DNA of 64,000 bases from Candidatus Aenigmatarchaeota archaeon (lineage in GTDB: Archaea > Aenigmatarchaeota > Aenigmatarchaeia > CG10238-14), in NCBI GenBank assembly GCA_018920345.1, contig JAHLMN010000005.1, forward strand, positions 12,255 to 76,254, written 5' to 3'. Under the pieces are notes generated by a model, which worked only from the letters and a program-made list of their open reading frames with translations, was not told where the DNA came from and did not search any database. Every line of letters starts with the position of its first letter. Position 1 is the stretch's first letter. The translations under genes were made by a program, and so were the position numbers. Of this stretch, positions 28,001-43,000 are shown piece after piece.

Positions 28001-31000
28001 ATTAGAAAATGCAACTCTCTACATTAATGGTAATAGCAGCAGAATTATAGGTGGATGGGGAGAAACATTTAATTTTTCTGTAATGTTGAGAGATCGTTTT
28101 GGTAGAGACGTCACTGTCTATGCATGGCACAAAAAAGGTGCTGGGGAATATAGTTTAATAGGAAGCTGGACTTGTTATTCATGCTTGGAATGGAATCAAG
28201 CGAACTTTAGTTATGACTATATAGGCAGTGATATAAGCAGCTGGGAGTTCAAATTTAATGCAACTAATGCTGACGGCACTTCAACATTAAACGGTTATCC
28301 ATATACAGTTGAAGCAGATGACATAAATGTTGATTTTGCTTATCCAACCTATAACATGACTGTTAATAGAAGTGGAACAAGCAATTTTGTAATTTTGGTT
28401 TATGATAGAGACAATCAAACCTCTCCAGCTTATTTAATGCCTGGAGAAACAGATGAAGGTAAAGGAAGAATTTATATTTCAAAATTCGGTAGTAATACAA
28501 CATTTGATCTATCCCCTTCGCTTTCAGCAAACTCTACCGGTCATGTAGTAAGACAAATGAGCAATATAATACCGCAATGGTGTTTGGTAAGCGATTATTA
28601 TTTAGGACAAAATTATTGGAAGGGCGGGATAGAAGGTGCAGTGACTTACAAGAATAATGCAACAGGTATTTATCCATTTATGTTAGTAGGTGATCTATCA
28701 AATTCTTACTTAACACAACCAAACAACAAAAACTTTACAAGAGGCTCAACAATCAATTTAGACGGAGTCATAAAAGACGATTGCAATGATGTAAAAACAG
28801 ATTCTGCAAGATTTGGTGCAGAATATATATTGACGCATGAATCAACTGAATACAGAATTACAGCTTCTTTAACTTCAGCTTCCTTTGAAATTCCGTTAGA
28901 CGCACCGCTAGGCTGGTATAATATTACAATGATATCATTCTCAGAAGGTATTGATAATGACAAATATTGGAATGGCACATATTTCAAGCAAAATGCATTT
29001 TTCTTAGCATCCATACCTCAACTAAACAATGTTCAAGTTCAGCCATATCCAAAAGGAAGTTGGGAAACAAAACCATTCAACTTTTCTGTTTACATAACAA
29101 ACATAGATAATGAAACAGTTTTTGCTAGACTCTGGTTCAAAAACCAAACAGATGATTGGTTCTTGCAAAACACAACTACTTGCAGTAATTGCGACAATTA
29201 TTATTTCTTGACACAACACAACTTCACTTGCTATAATATTGGTGAATGGAAAGCACAATTTAATGCAACTTCAGCTACTTCATTTAGCAATTTGACAACA
29301 ACAATAACATTTAACATTACAAAGTCTGATATCTCTATATTACATTCTTCAGGAAATAACACAATTGTTAATAGAAGTGATGACGAACCAGCTAATACAA
29401 GAGAACTATCTGTTCAAATATTCAATCTAGTTACAAACAAAAATGAGACAGCAATATCAACATCAGACGTCTACACATGGGTATATGATGGCTCTACATA
29501 TATAGAACAGCTTGAGACAGCAAATACTTCACATTACTATTTCAATTTCAATCCATCTTGCAGTTATCAAGTAGGTAAACAAAAATGGAAAGTTAATACA
29601 ACTTCTAGCTGCTATTCAACAAACACATCAGAAGAATTTTACATAGATATTTATGGAAGTTTGAATAACACTTTGATTTTACCTGATGGATCTACAAATT
29701 ACACGCAAAATGATCAAATATTGCTTTTAGGCCAAATAACAGATGATTGCTCGCAACCAGTGTTAAATGCTAATGTAAGATTCAAACTTCAGTCTGGCTC
29801 AAACATCTATTACTGCCCATCTTCAGGTTATATAACAAATACAACAGGCAATTATTATTCATGTGTTTGGGATTCTTCCGGTAAACCAGGTGGTTTTTAC
29901 AATATTACAATGGAGTCAAACAAAGCATATCACAATAATGGAACAGACTATTTGCAAAACGCTTTCTTCCTCATAACACCTGTTCAGCTTATCTCACCGC
30001 AAGTTAGCTATCCTGGCGATGGTAGTTGGGGAGAGTTGCATAACTTTACTGTTTTTGTCACCCACTATGCTCCTGCAAATGTATGCTTGCTAGAAAGAAC
30101 ACCAACAACTCAATGGCAAGTAACAGAATGTAAATATGTTGAAAATCCACAAAATACATTTGTAAACTTTACAAGATACTATACTTGCGATGAATATCAA
30201 GCTTCAGCTTTGAGATATTTTGTATTTAATGCAAGTGAGCCAGGTGTTGCTGCAACATATTCAAACACAACCGAACAATCTCACGTCCTTGTTAAAAATG
30301 ACATAACAATAACTTATGTTTATGGCAACGAGTCTTTTGTCAATAGAAATGGCGCAAACACAACCAAATTTATATTGTTCGTGAATGATACAGACAGAAA
30401 CCAACCAGCATATTATTTATTAGGTGCTTCGGTAAAGCCACAAGTTTGGTTTAGAGTACACAATGCAACTAGCTATTTAGTTGATGGATATAATTCGACA
30501 AACACATCTGGATATGTCGAATATAATTTCAACCCATCTTGTAGTTATGAAGCAGGTAAATTTAAATGGCAAGGCTATACTTCTTCTGATTCTTGCTACA
30601 AAGATTATTCTGCAGAAGAGTATAATGTTACAATAATAGGTGATCTAGTTGCAAATGTCACATATCCAGATGGAATAACATACTTTAGAAATTTAGAGCT
30701 ATACATACCAATCAACGGCACAGTTATTGATGAGTGTAACTTACATTACAATGAAAATGCTACAGTAAACTTTACAGCAATTAGTGTTGGTTTTGGCACA
30801 GAATATCAATGCCTACCTGTTGATAATGCTGGTACAGGAAAGTATAATTGCACGCTAAATGCAACAACAATAGAAGAAGGTTGGTATAACGTAAGAATGA
30901 ATGCAACCAATGTGCAATATTATAATAACGCAACTATTTTAGCATCAAATAAATTTAGAGTCATTCAACAATGGGTTCCACCTATTTTAGAAAACGCAAC

Positions 31001-34000
31001 TGTTTTACCAGAGCAAGACTGGGGCTGGGGTGAAAATTTCACTTTCATAGTTAATGTAAGCGATCTAAATGCACAAGACATAAATGTCTCTTTATGGCTT
31101 TCCCCAGATAATCAAACCTGGCAATACATATCTTCACAAATATGCTACAATTGTGGAAGCAAGAAACAATTAACATTCTATTATAAAGGTTTTAATTGTG
31201 ATGCAATACCAAAATATTATTTCAAATTTAATGCAAGCGATCAATACAATAAAACAGAAATAGCTGGAATAGAGTTTCCAATAACCAAAAATGATGTTGA
31301 AGTTAGATATGTTGATTTTGCTGTAGGCAACAATTCAGTTGTCAATAGAAACGAATACACAATGTTAAGGTTAAGACTATATGACACAGATAATAAAAGC
31401 TATTTGCCAGCAAATGTAAATGGAAGAATTTTTGTAACAACAAATTATGTTGATTTTGATTTAGGTAATGCAAACATAACAGATGAACAAGGCTATTTAA
31501 GTTATTATTTCCAACCAAACTGTAATTATTTAGCTGGTGTGCAAAAATGGAAAGGAGGCACATATGAAGATGCATGCTATAAAGATAGCAATATAACAGA
31601 TTATTTGCAAACAACAATAATAGGTTGGTTAAATAATACAATTATAGAGCCAAATGGAGATGTTTATTATTCAAATCAAAACGTAACAATAGTAACAAAT
31701 GTTTCTGACGAATGCTTCCTGCCAATAACAGATGCATCTGTTGTCTTTATGCTTAATCATTCATCAAACTATTATCAATGTCTTGATGTTTCATCAAATA
31801 ATGGTTGGTATAATTGTACTTGGAACATTTCTAACAACCCATCTGGTTGGTATAGCATAAGAATGAATTCAACAAGGCAATATTATAACAATGCAACAAC
31901 TTATAGTGAGCAATCATTCTTCCATCAAGTCGATCCACAATTAAAAGCAGCTTTTGTAACACCAAATTCAACATGGTGGGGCTCAACATTTGCTTTCAAA
32001 GTAAATGTAACAGATGATGATGATTATGTAAATGTCAGTTTATGGATAAGATGTGTAGGCGGCAATATAACTCCAAACGGCTGCTCACCTGATTCAGAAT
32101 TTTCTTTAGCAAACACCACAAATGTTTACGATTATATTAATAATCAAGTCATGCTAACAAAGAAGTTTGCTGATGGTGTCAATATAGGTAATTATGAATG
32201 GTTCATAAATGCATCAGATAATTATGGCGGATTTGCAAACACAGGCATTTATACATTTAATGTCACAAAAAGACCTGTTTATCTAGTTTATGTATCTGGA
32301 AATGAAACTAATGTAAGCAGGATAGGCGCAAACACAACATTAGTTAGAGTTAGATTATTCAGAGTTGGTGCTGACGGCGGCAACGACGAGCCTTTGAATG
32401 GTTTATCAGTCAACTTCTGGTTTACTCAAGATGGATCTACTTGGTCAAACACGCCTAGATCAAACACAACAGGTCAAAGTGGCCCAGGTTATGCTGAATT
32501 TGCTTTCAATCCATCTTGTCCAGCTACTGACGGAGGTATAGATTTCTTCAAGACAGGTAGACAATGGTGGAATGCAACATTCTCAAGCAACACAGAGCCA
32601 GGAATTTATTATTATGCAAACACATCAACTAATTTCACTTTATATATTAATTCAACTTTAAATGTTAAAATAATAAAACCAGACGGTGAATACTATCCAG
32701 TTGGCACCAATATTTACACCTTAGCAAATGTTTCTGATGAATGTGAATATGTTTCTCAAGCTTCTGTTCAATTATCAGTTTCTGGCGAAAGTATAAGTTG
32801 CAGCAATAACACAGGTGATGCGAATGGTCAATATAGCTGCATTTTGCTAACATCAGTTCTTGGTACAGGTGATTATAATGAGGAAGCAACAGCTACTAAG
32901 AATTATTATGATTCTGCTTACACATTTAAACCAAATGCATTCAAGATTAGATATTCTCCACAGTTAAGCAATCAACAAGTAACGCCAACAACAGAAGGTT
33001 GGGGTTATAACTTTACATTCAATGTTTCAGCTCAAGATTCTGATCCAGGAGATTATCTAAACATAAGTCTATGGAAAAGTTACGGAGGTGAATGGATAAA
33101 AGTTGAGCAAAAGAATTGTGATTCATGTTTGAGCCAGCAAACTCTATTCTTCCATCCAATTTTCAGTTGTGAAGATTACATAAATGGTCCAGTAGTAAGA
33201 TTCAAGTTTAATGCAACAGACTCTTATGGTTTAAAAGCAGAAACACCAAACATTACATTAACATTTGAAAAAGACGATGTTTTATTTACAATTTTACAAG
33301 GTAGTGGAGCAACAATAAATAGAAGTGATGAGAATGATAATAATGCATACAATTTTGTTGTGATTGTTAATGATACAGATAGAAGAAATGTAACTGTTAA
33401 TAGCAGTGAAGAGCCAGACCAAACAATAACAGGTTATTTTGTCTTTAGTAAAGAGCCAATATCACCAACATTTGATTCTGGACATAGCAATACAACTGTT
33501 AATGGCTATCTTAGCTACTATTTCAATCCAGACTGCAATTATAAAACAGGTTTGCAATACTGGAAAGTTAATATAAGCGGAAATACTTGCTATAAAGATA
33601 CAGAATTAACAGAATACCAAACTTTCAACATAATAGGTCAATTAAAGACAAATCTATACTTACCACAAAAATACTCTGAATTTAATGTTACTGACAATAT
33701 AACATTCAAGTTCAACACATATTCAGATTGTTATTTGCAAGGAGCAGAAGATAATGGCAACATAAGTGTTGACACAAGTTCTTTAAGATTAAATGAAACA
33801 TTTTATTGTACACCCATACAACAAGAGTTAGCAGGTAACTATAATTGTACTTGGGACAGCACAGGCAAGCCGCAAGGCAATTATACAGTAAACATAACAG
33901 TTGAAAAATTGAATTACAATTTCAACACAAGCTATTATATTGATTGGTTTTATTTGAAAAATAGAATGCCAAATGTCACAGAAATGAATGTTACTCCATA

Positions 34001-37000
34001 TTCATCTGGCTGGGGTGATACATACACATATAGAGCTGAAATATTTGATGAAGAAAATGACACTGTTACTTGCTCTCTTTATACAAACACAACAGGTCAG
34101 TGGGTTTACAAAGGCAGCAATACAATCAACACACCAGGTAATTGCTCAATAACAGTTAATGATTTTTCATGCGACGAGCAAGGACAAGCATCATTTATGT
34201 TTGAAATTAATGATACCTTTACACGTTTCAATACTTCGGTTGTTTTAGGACCTATAATAGCAAAAGATAATGTCTCAGTTACACACATTTTAGGTAATAA
34301 TTCTTATGTTAATAGAAGCGGTGATCAATATACCACATTTATTTTAAATATAACAGATACAACAAAAAAAGTAAAGGCACAAAATGCAAATACAACAATA
34401 TGGATAACAACTGATGGTAGCAACTATCAATCATGGTTTGATCTAAAGTCAAACGAAACAGGACATGTGATATTCAAATTTAATCCAAATTGTTCTTCGC
34501 CAACTTATAGCTTAGGAAAACAATACTGGTTAGGTGGAGTAAGAAATGATGTGTGCTATAATGAAGCAAACACCACAGAAAACTTTACAGTAAACATATT
34601 AGGTGATCTTCAACTCTTCATAAATCAACCAAAAGGAGAAAAATATTTGAGAACAAATTATCCAGATGGATCTTATGTTATAATAAAGGCAAATATCTCT
34701 GACGATTGTTTATTGCCTATAACAAATGCTCAAGTAAACTTCACTTCTGAAAAAGGTTTAACAAAGAAATATTGTAATCCAATTTACAATGAAGGTGATA
34801 GCAACTATAATTGCACAATAGATACAACAACATATCAAGCAGGTGCATGGAATTTAACAATGAATGCATCTTTGATCAACTACAATTATAATACAACTAC
34901 TTATGTATATCAACCAAACCAAAAAGGTTATTGGGTTGAGACAAAACCTGTAATAGAACCTTATTTGCCAATAACACCAATACCTGCAGGAGATGGTGGC
35001 TGGGGAGAATATTGGCTTTTCAGAACAAATGTTACAGACGAAGATTTGGATACATTAACGCTAAGACTATGGATAAATAGCACTAGTGAACCAGAAACAT
35101 GGACATTTAAAGCATCAAACAACAGTGTCTCAGGCATAAATCAAACTGTTTTCTTTAATGTTACATTCACATCAACTTTTGCAAACAAACACTTTAAATT
35201 CAAATATAACGTTTCAGAAAATGTAATAGACTTTATACAAAACATAAATGAAACAGGTAATGGCACTTTCTATTTAGACAAAGACGATACATTTGTACAA
35301 TATATTGAAGGCAACAACACTGTTGTTAATCGATCAGCTCCAATATCAGTATCAAACTTTACTATGACAGTAAGATTGTGGGATGCAGATAAATATGATA
35401 CAACTATAGGAAATAGAAGAATTAGATTTTGGATGACAACTGATAATGCTGAAAATTGGGTTGTAGTCTCACCAGCAGCTCTAAGAACAAATGGTACAGG
35501 AGAGCAGCCTTCATCAGCAGGTTGGGGTTATGCATCTAACATTTCTCATCCAGGATGCAATTTTGCTGTAGGTCCGCAAAAATGGAAGGCAGAGATTTAT
35601 AATGAAGATCCATACAAGTCAAGCAATTCAAGCATATCATTCTTTACAATAATTGCATCTCAACTTCAATCAAAAGTAATTTCACCAAAAAATAAAACAA
35701 TATTAAAAGGAATAGAAGATCTTGTTATCAAAGGTAATGTTTCTGATGATTGTGGTTTAGTTGCTAATGCATCTGTAACAATAACAGTTATTGATTCAAG
35801 TGGTACTGTTAGAGGTGTTTGCAAACCGAACGATCCATTCAATCCAACATTAGATGAAAGTAACGGCATATATAATTGTACATTTCCAGCTTCACAAATA
35901 TATTCAGAAGATTGGCCAACAGGTTGGTATAATGTTACGATAAATGCAACAAAACAATACTATAACGATTCTGTAACTTATGTTGAGCAGAGTTCATTTA
36001 GAATAAGTACAGCACCTGAATTATCAAATGCAATAGTAACATCAGAAGAAGGCTCCAATGTTGGTGGTTGGGGTGAACTTTGGCAATTTTCTGTTGATAT
36101 AATAGATCCTGATAATGATAATTCAACAGTTTATTTATGGTTAAATTTAACAGGAGATTGGGTATTATATAATCAAACTTATTGGAGAAATGGCATAGAT
36201 CCATCGACGATTACATTTTACAATACATTTAACTGTACAGGTTTAGCTGATTTAGGCACAAAATTCTTCAAGTTTAATGCATCTGACAATTATGGCTATA
36301 AAGATGAAATAACAAACTCATTTACTTTACAACCAGATGATACAGAAGTATATGTCACTGCCACAAACGGTCAATCAATAAATAGAGAAGGTCCAAACGA
36401 GCTAGAGTTATCAGCATGGATATTAGACATAGATAGAGATTATATACCAGTAGGAGAAGGTGTTAATACAAGGATAAGAATAACAACAAACGCAAGTGAT
36501 CCAAATAGTTGGAGTGATTATGAAACTCAAACAAATTCATCTGGCTATACAAAAAGAATTATCGACCCAGATTGTACTTATTCAGTTGGTATTCAAACAT
36601 GGAGAGCAGAGGTTTATAATGATGTTTGCTACAAAACCGCTTATGATCAAGATACAATAACTGTTTTAGGCAGCATTTACAATAGCTTGTTAGCACCAGA
36701 TCAATATTCTTCCTATCCAACCGGAACACCTGTGGCCATTAATTATAGCACTACAAGTGATTGTACAAATGTAAGAAGTGATGAAACACCCTACATAAAT
36801 GTAACTCCAACCATAGAATTAAGCTTAACAGGCGCAAATTGGGAGCAATGTTCACCTATAACAAATAATTATGGCATATACAATTGCACTTGGAATTCAT
36901 CCTACAAACAGCCAGGCTATTGGGATATAAAATTGACAAGCAACAAGCAATACTATAATACTAAGCAAACAGTTTATCAAGACTGGTTCGAAATATATAA

Positions 37001-40000
37001 TGCTAATCCAACTAATACAAGTACACCTACTGTTACACCAACAATAGGTGGATGGGGAACAGTTTACAATTATTCTGTCCAACTTTTAGATACAGACGGC
37101 GATCCAATTACTTGTGTACTATACACATCAACTGATGATGGTAATACTTGGGTGAAACAAGGACAACAATTAATAGGTAGTGTAGGTACATGCAGTTTCC
37201 TTGTCAAAAACTTTAATTGTAATGCAACTTATACAGATGTTGGTAGTGATAACTGGTTCAAATTTGAAATCACAGATGGTTATCACACACCATTTAATAT
37301 CTCAAGTGAACCTGGACCAATAATAGAGAAAAACAATATAACAATAACTTTATTTGCAGGCAATAATTCAGTTGTTAATAGAACAGGAAATGATTTCACA
37401 ATATTAAGAGTTTTTGTAAACGATACAACAAAAGGTTGGCCTGTTGGCAATGCAACTTCAGGCAATGCAACTATCAAGTTCAACATAACTTATAATGGTA
37501 TAAGCTATTTGTTAGAAGGATCAAACACAACTTATAGAGGCAACGTCACATATCGCTTTAACCCATCTTGCTCTTATTATGTAGGTGATCAAAAATGGAT
37601 AGCATATAAACAAGGTGAGATAGGTGGAGATCAATGTTACAATGATGCTTCCTCAGAAGTCTTCAACTTAACAATCACAGGTAATTTAATTAATGTTATA
37701 CAAAAACCAAGTGGAGAAAAATACAACAGAGGCGAAGTAAATGTAACAATAAGAGGTAATGTAACAACAGATTGTCCATCTTTAGATGGATTAATTTCTA
37801 CTGCTCTAGTTAACTATACAATAATTCATGTAGGCACACAAAACACTTATAGCTGTACAGAAGGTACATTCACAAATGAGGGTAATGGTTATTATAATTG
37901 CAGTTTTGATACAACATCAAAACCAACACAATGGTACAATATTAGGATGAATTCTTCTGGATTTCAATATTATACACCCAATACCACAACAAAAACTAAT
38001 GCTTTCTTTATATCTACAATTCCAAATTTAACAAATCCAACAACAACACCTTTATCTGGTGGATGGGGTGCACCACATACATTTAGTGTTTACATAAAAG
38101 ATGATGACAATGATGTCAATAATGTCAGTTTATGGATAAGATGTGTTGGCGGCGGCTGCAATCCAACAAACTTTTGGTTAGCAAAGACAACTTTGATAAC
38201 AGCATCATCGTCTCCTCAACAAGTACAATTCACAAAAACAGACTTTACACCAGCTGATATTGGCAATTGGGAATATTTCTTTAATGCAAGCGATGGTTTA
38301 AATTCAGCTAACACAAGTATAAACACATTTACAATAACAAAGGATACAATTAATTTAACTCTAGTAGCAGGAAACGAGGCTGTAATAAATAGAAGTACGA
38401 CAGAAACAGCAACATTAAGAGTAAAAGTTTTTGATGTTGATAGAAATGTCGCCTTATCACCAGGTGAGCCAGGTACAGGCTATTTCTATGTAACAACAGA
38501 TCCAAATAATCCTAATAGCTATGTAATTGATAAAACTCTAACATCAATAGAAGGAGGAAGTTATTTAACAGATATATTTCCAACATTAGCTAGATGCACA
38601 TATGGTGTTGGTCCACAAAAATGGAAAGTAGAATTTGGCTCAGACGCTTATCAAGCAACAAATAGCTCAGAATTTTTAATCAATATTACAACACATGAAA
38701 TTATTTTGCAAATAATTGGCCCTAATAATCAAACATTTAGAAGAGCAAGAGACCCAATACCTCTGGTGGCTCAAGCCAATGATGATTGTGGCGGTTTAAT
38801 AGGAGCAACAACATTCTTTAAAGCTTATCCAGAATATTCATGGACAACTTGCAATTCGCCTACTGATAATTTGAATGGAACTTATAACTGCACATTGTAT
38901 TCTCCAGAAACTGCAGGTTTAACTTATTATAATTTAGAATTTAATGCAACAAAACAATATTACAATTCAAGTAGCAATGCCTACAAACAAGATGCCTTTG
39001 TACTTGTAACAAATCCAGAAATAATAGCTTATACACCTGTAACTTCTGATACAGTTTATCCAAATGGTTGGTCTGAAGTTTGGAATTTCACAGCAAGCGT
39101 AAGAGACATTGATCAAAATGTCTATAATTTTGAAAAATTGAACATAAGTTTATGGATTGATTTTGGCTCAGGTTATCAACTTGTTAACAGCACTATATGC
39201 TCAGCAACAGATAATCCAAATTGTGCAAGCTGGAAGACAATAACATTCTTGTTTAGAAACTTTACTTGTGGTGATATAGGAATAAAATCATATAAATGGA
39301 ATGTTACTGATGTTTGGAATTATACCAATGAGACAACAGCAACATTAACTGTAGATAAAAGTGATGTAATAATAGAGTTTGTAGATCAACCTTCATATAT
39401 TTATAGAGCTGATACTAGCACTGGTAAATTTGTTTATAGGGTTTATGATACTGATAAAGGTCAATATGTTACAAATACGTCCACAAACACAATGATGTGG
39501 ATAACAACTGATGGTAGCACTTATGACAATGGAAGATTTGTGCAAATAAATTCATCTGGTTATGCTGTTTATGAATTTGATCCAGATTGTAATTACAGAT
39601 ATGGAATGCAAAAATGGATAGCAGGCGTTTATGAGGATGCTTGCTATAAAAACAAGAATTTATCATTCACTCCTCAATTTGAAGTAAGAGTCCAATTACA
39701 AAATAATTTGCTTGTACCTGTATACAATAGCATTTATAATGTAACTGATATGATATTAGTAAGATTTAATACAACCACAGAATGTTCTGCTGAAGGTTTA
39801 ATTGGAAATGCAACAACAACGATTTCTTTACAATCGCCATTAGGTGTTTGGGAGACATGCACACCAATTAATAATGAATACAATGGTTGGTATAACTGCA
39901 CATGGAATTCCACTCATAAAAAGGAAGGCTATTGGTCAATAATGCTTAACAGCACAAAAACACCATATTTTGCTCAGAATTCAACTGTCTATTCTAACTG

Positions 40001-43000
40001 GTTCTGGTTAGAAAATTTAAACTCAAGCTATGACAACATAACATTAACACCAACAATAGGTGGATGGAGTAGGCTATACAACTATACAATAGATATTGAT
40101 GATCCAGAAAGAGAGGACATAAATTGCAGCTTATTTATAAGCAAGGACAACCAATTGACATGGGAATATAAAGGTAGTTATTTATTGCAAAACGGTTTAG
40201 GTACTTGTTTTGTAACAGTTCATGACTTTACATGCGAAGATATTGGAAAAGAAATATTTTACAAATGGCAAGTTGTTAATGGAGAACCTGCTAACGCATA
40301 TAATACATCTGCATATAAAGGCCCAAACATAACAGAATCATTAGTGCAAGTACAGCTTTCTCAAGGCAATAACACATTTATCAACAGAACATTCCAAACA
40401 AAACCTTTAATTGTCAGAATTTTTGATATAGAAAACCAAAGCTATGTATACAATGCTAACACAAGCTTTTGGATAACATATGATTATTCAAATTATTTAC
40501 TTGTAAACAAAACACAAACAGATTATAATGGTTATGCTCTTTACAGCTTTACACCTAGCTGCATATATCAAGTAGGCACACAAAATTGGAAGGCAGGAAT
40601 TGAAGACGACAAATGCTATTCTGATGTTAACTCAACTGATTATCTAGTTCATGTAAACGGTACATTGTTTAATACAATATTACAACCATCAGGACAAGAA
40701 TTTTTAAGAGGAGATAATATAACAATAAAAGCAAACGTCTCAAGTGATTGCCAAAACGAAGTAATGAATGAATCTGTTTACTTGGAATTAACAACTGTTA
40801 AAGATTTACAAAGTTTGCAATGCACACCTGTATTGAATGAAAACACTGGTGTCTACAATTGCACATTTAATACATCAAGCTATGCAGCGAGATGGTGGAA
40901 TATAACAGCTTACAGCAACAAAATAGGCTATAATAGCAACTATACAACAAAAATAAATGCATTTTGGGTTGAAACAAAACCAGAGTTGAACAACCCAACT
41001 GTTATGCCTTTAGGAGATGGAGGTTGGGGTGAAACATGGATATTTACAGTTAATTTTACAGATGAAGATTTAGATCCAAATACAGTAAGATTATGGGTAA
41101 ATAAATCAAGTGGTTGGTCAAATGCAAATACAACTATTGTTTCAGGTATAAATCAAACAATAACATTTGTTCAAGTTAATCTATTTACATCAAGTGATTA
41201 TATAAACTCATTAAACAATTTAACAAAATTCTATTTCAGAACACAAGATGAAATAATACCAACAGAAAACGATACAGCTGAAACACCACAAATTAACATA
41301 ACATTGCAAAAAGATGATGTTTACATAAATCATACCTATGGCAACAATACAGTTGTTAACAGAAGTGGAGGAAGTTTGTTCTTTAGAGTAAGAATGTGGG
41401 ATACAGATAGAGTTCCTTGGGATGATTTACCTTCTGGCAGCAAAGGAAGATTTTGGTTTACAAAAGATGGTAATACATTTGTAAACACAATAGATAAATT
41501 TGCTAATAGCTCTGGAGAAATAGCACATTTGCAAGCTTTAGATTGCTCATTCCAAGTTGGTCCACAAAAATGGTTTGCTGAATTATATGGCAACACGCCA
41601 TATAAAGATACTAACTCAAGCATCTTTAATTGGACAATTGTTACTGTTGGCTTAACAGCTAACATAACTGATCCTGATGGCATACCGAGATTGAGAGGAA
41701 TAGATGATATTGTTTTGCGTGCAAGAGTAACAGATGATTGTGGTGGTGTGCCTAATGCTACTGTTATATTCCATGTTCCAGATGAAAATTATGATTGTAC
41801 AAACGTGTATTATGAAGGTAACGGATATTACAATTGTACAATACCTGCAGCTACAACAGCAAGCTGGAATACAGGTTGGCACGATGTTACTGTTGATGTT
41901 TCAAAACAATACTATAATGGTACATTTGTAGAAAAGACAAATGCATTTTATTTAGCAACAAAACCTGAAATATTGCTTACACCACCTCCTGCTGCTATAC
42001 CAGAGCAAGATGGTGGTTGGGGTGAGGATTGGTTATTTACAGCTATAACACAAGATACTGATGGTGATAGCTATAATGTATCTTTATGGTTCAATTTAAC
42101 AGGTAATTGGCAATTAGTAGATTCAGTAATAGTTAGTGGTCCACAACAAGTTGATTTTCCAGGTAAAACATTCTCTTGTGATGATATTGGTGAAAGGCAA
42201 TTTATGTTTAAAGTAACAGATGTTTGGGGTTATGAAAATAATTATACATCGCCTTTCACAATTTACAAAGATGATACAATAATCGATTATGTTGCTGGTG
42301 CTGGTACACAGGTTAATAGAGAATATGATGACATAGAGCCAATTATAGTGCAAATATCTGACTTTGATAGAGATGGTATTTATGTAGGAAGTAATGTTAA
42401 TGGATCATTCTTTATAACAACAGATGGATCAAACTATATACAAGCAGCAGCTAACAAAACAGATACCTCTAGTCTATTAAGCTATTACTTTAATCCTAAC
42501 TGTACATTCAATGTAGGCATACAAAAATGGAAAGCAGGTACATATAATGATAGATGTTATAAAGATAATATACCGGATTATGGATTTACAATAGAAATCA
42601 CAGGGCAACTGAAAAACAATTTGATAAAACCAAACTATGGTGAAATAATAGCAGTAGGTAATTTGGTTAATACAACATTCCAAGTTTTAGATGAATGTGG
42701 TTTTGCTGTAAATGATTCTAATGGTAAAATAGAATTTGGCTCGCCTACAAATTCATTTGAGCAGTGTTTACCAATAACAGATCAAGGCAATAGCATCTAC
42801 AATTGTACTTGGAATACAAGCTTCCATATGGGTGGTTATTGGGATATAAGACTAAACAGCAGTAAACAGTACTATTATTCCAATTCAACTTTACTAAATG
42901 ATTGGATTTATTTATTGAATACGCCACCTGCTTATGAAAACCTGTCTGTTACACCTACATCAGAAGGTTGGGGAAGAAACTTCAGCTTTAGTGTTGATGT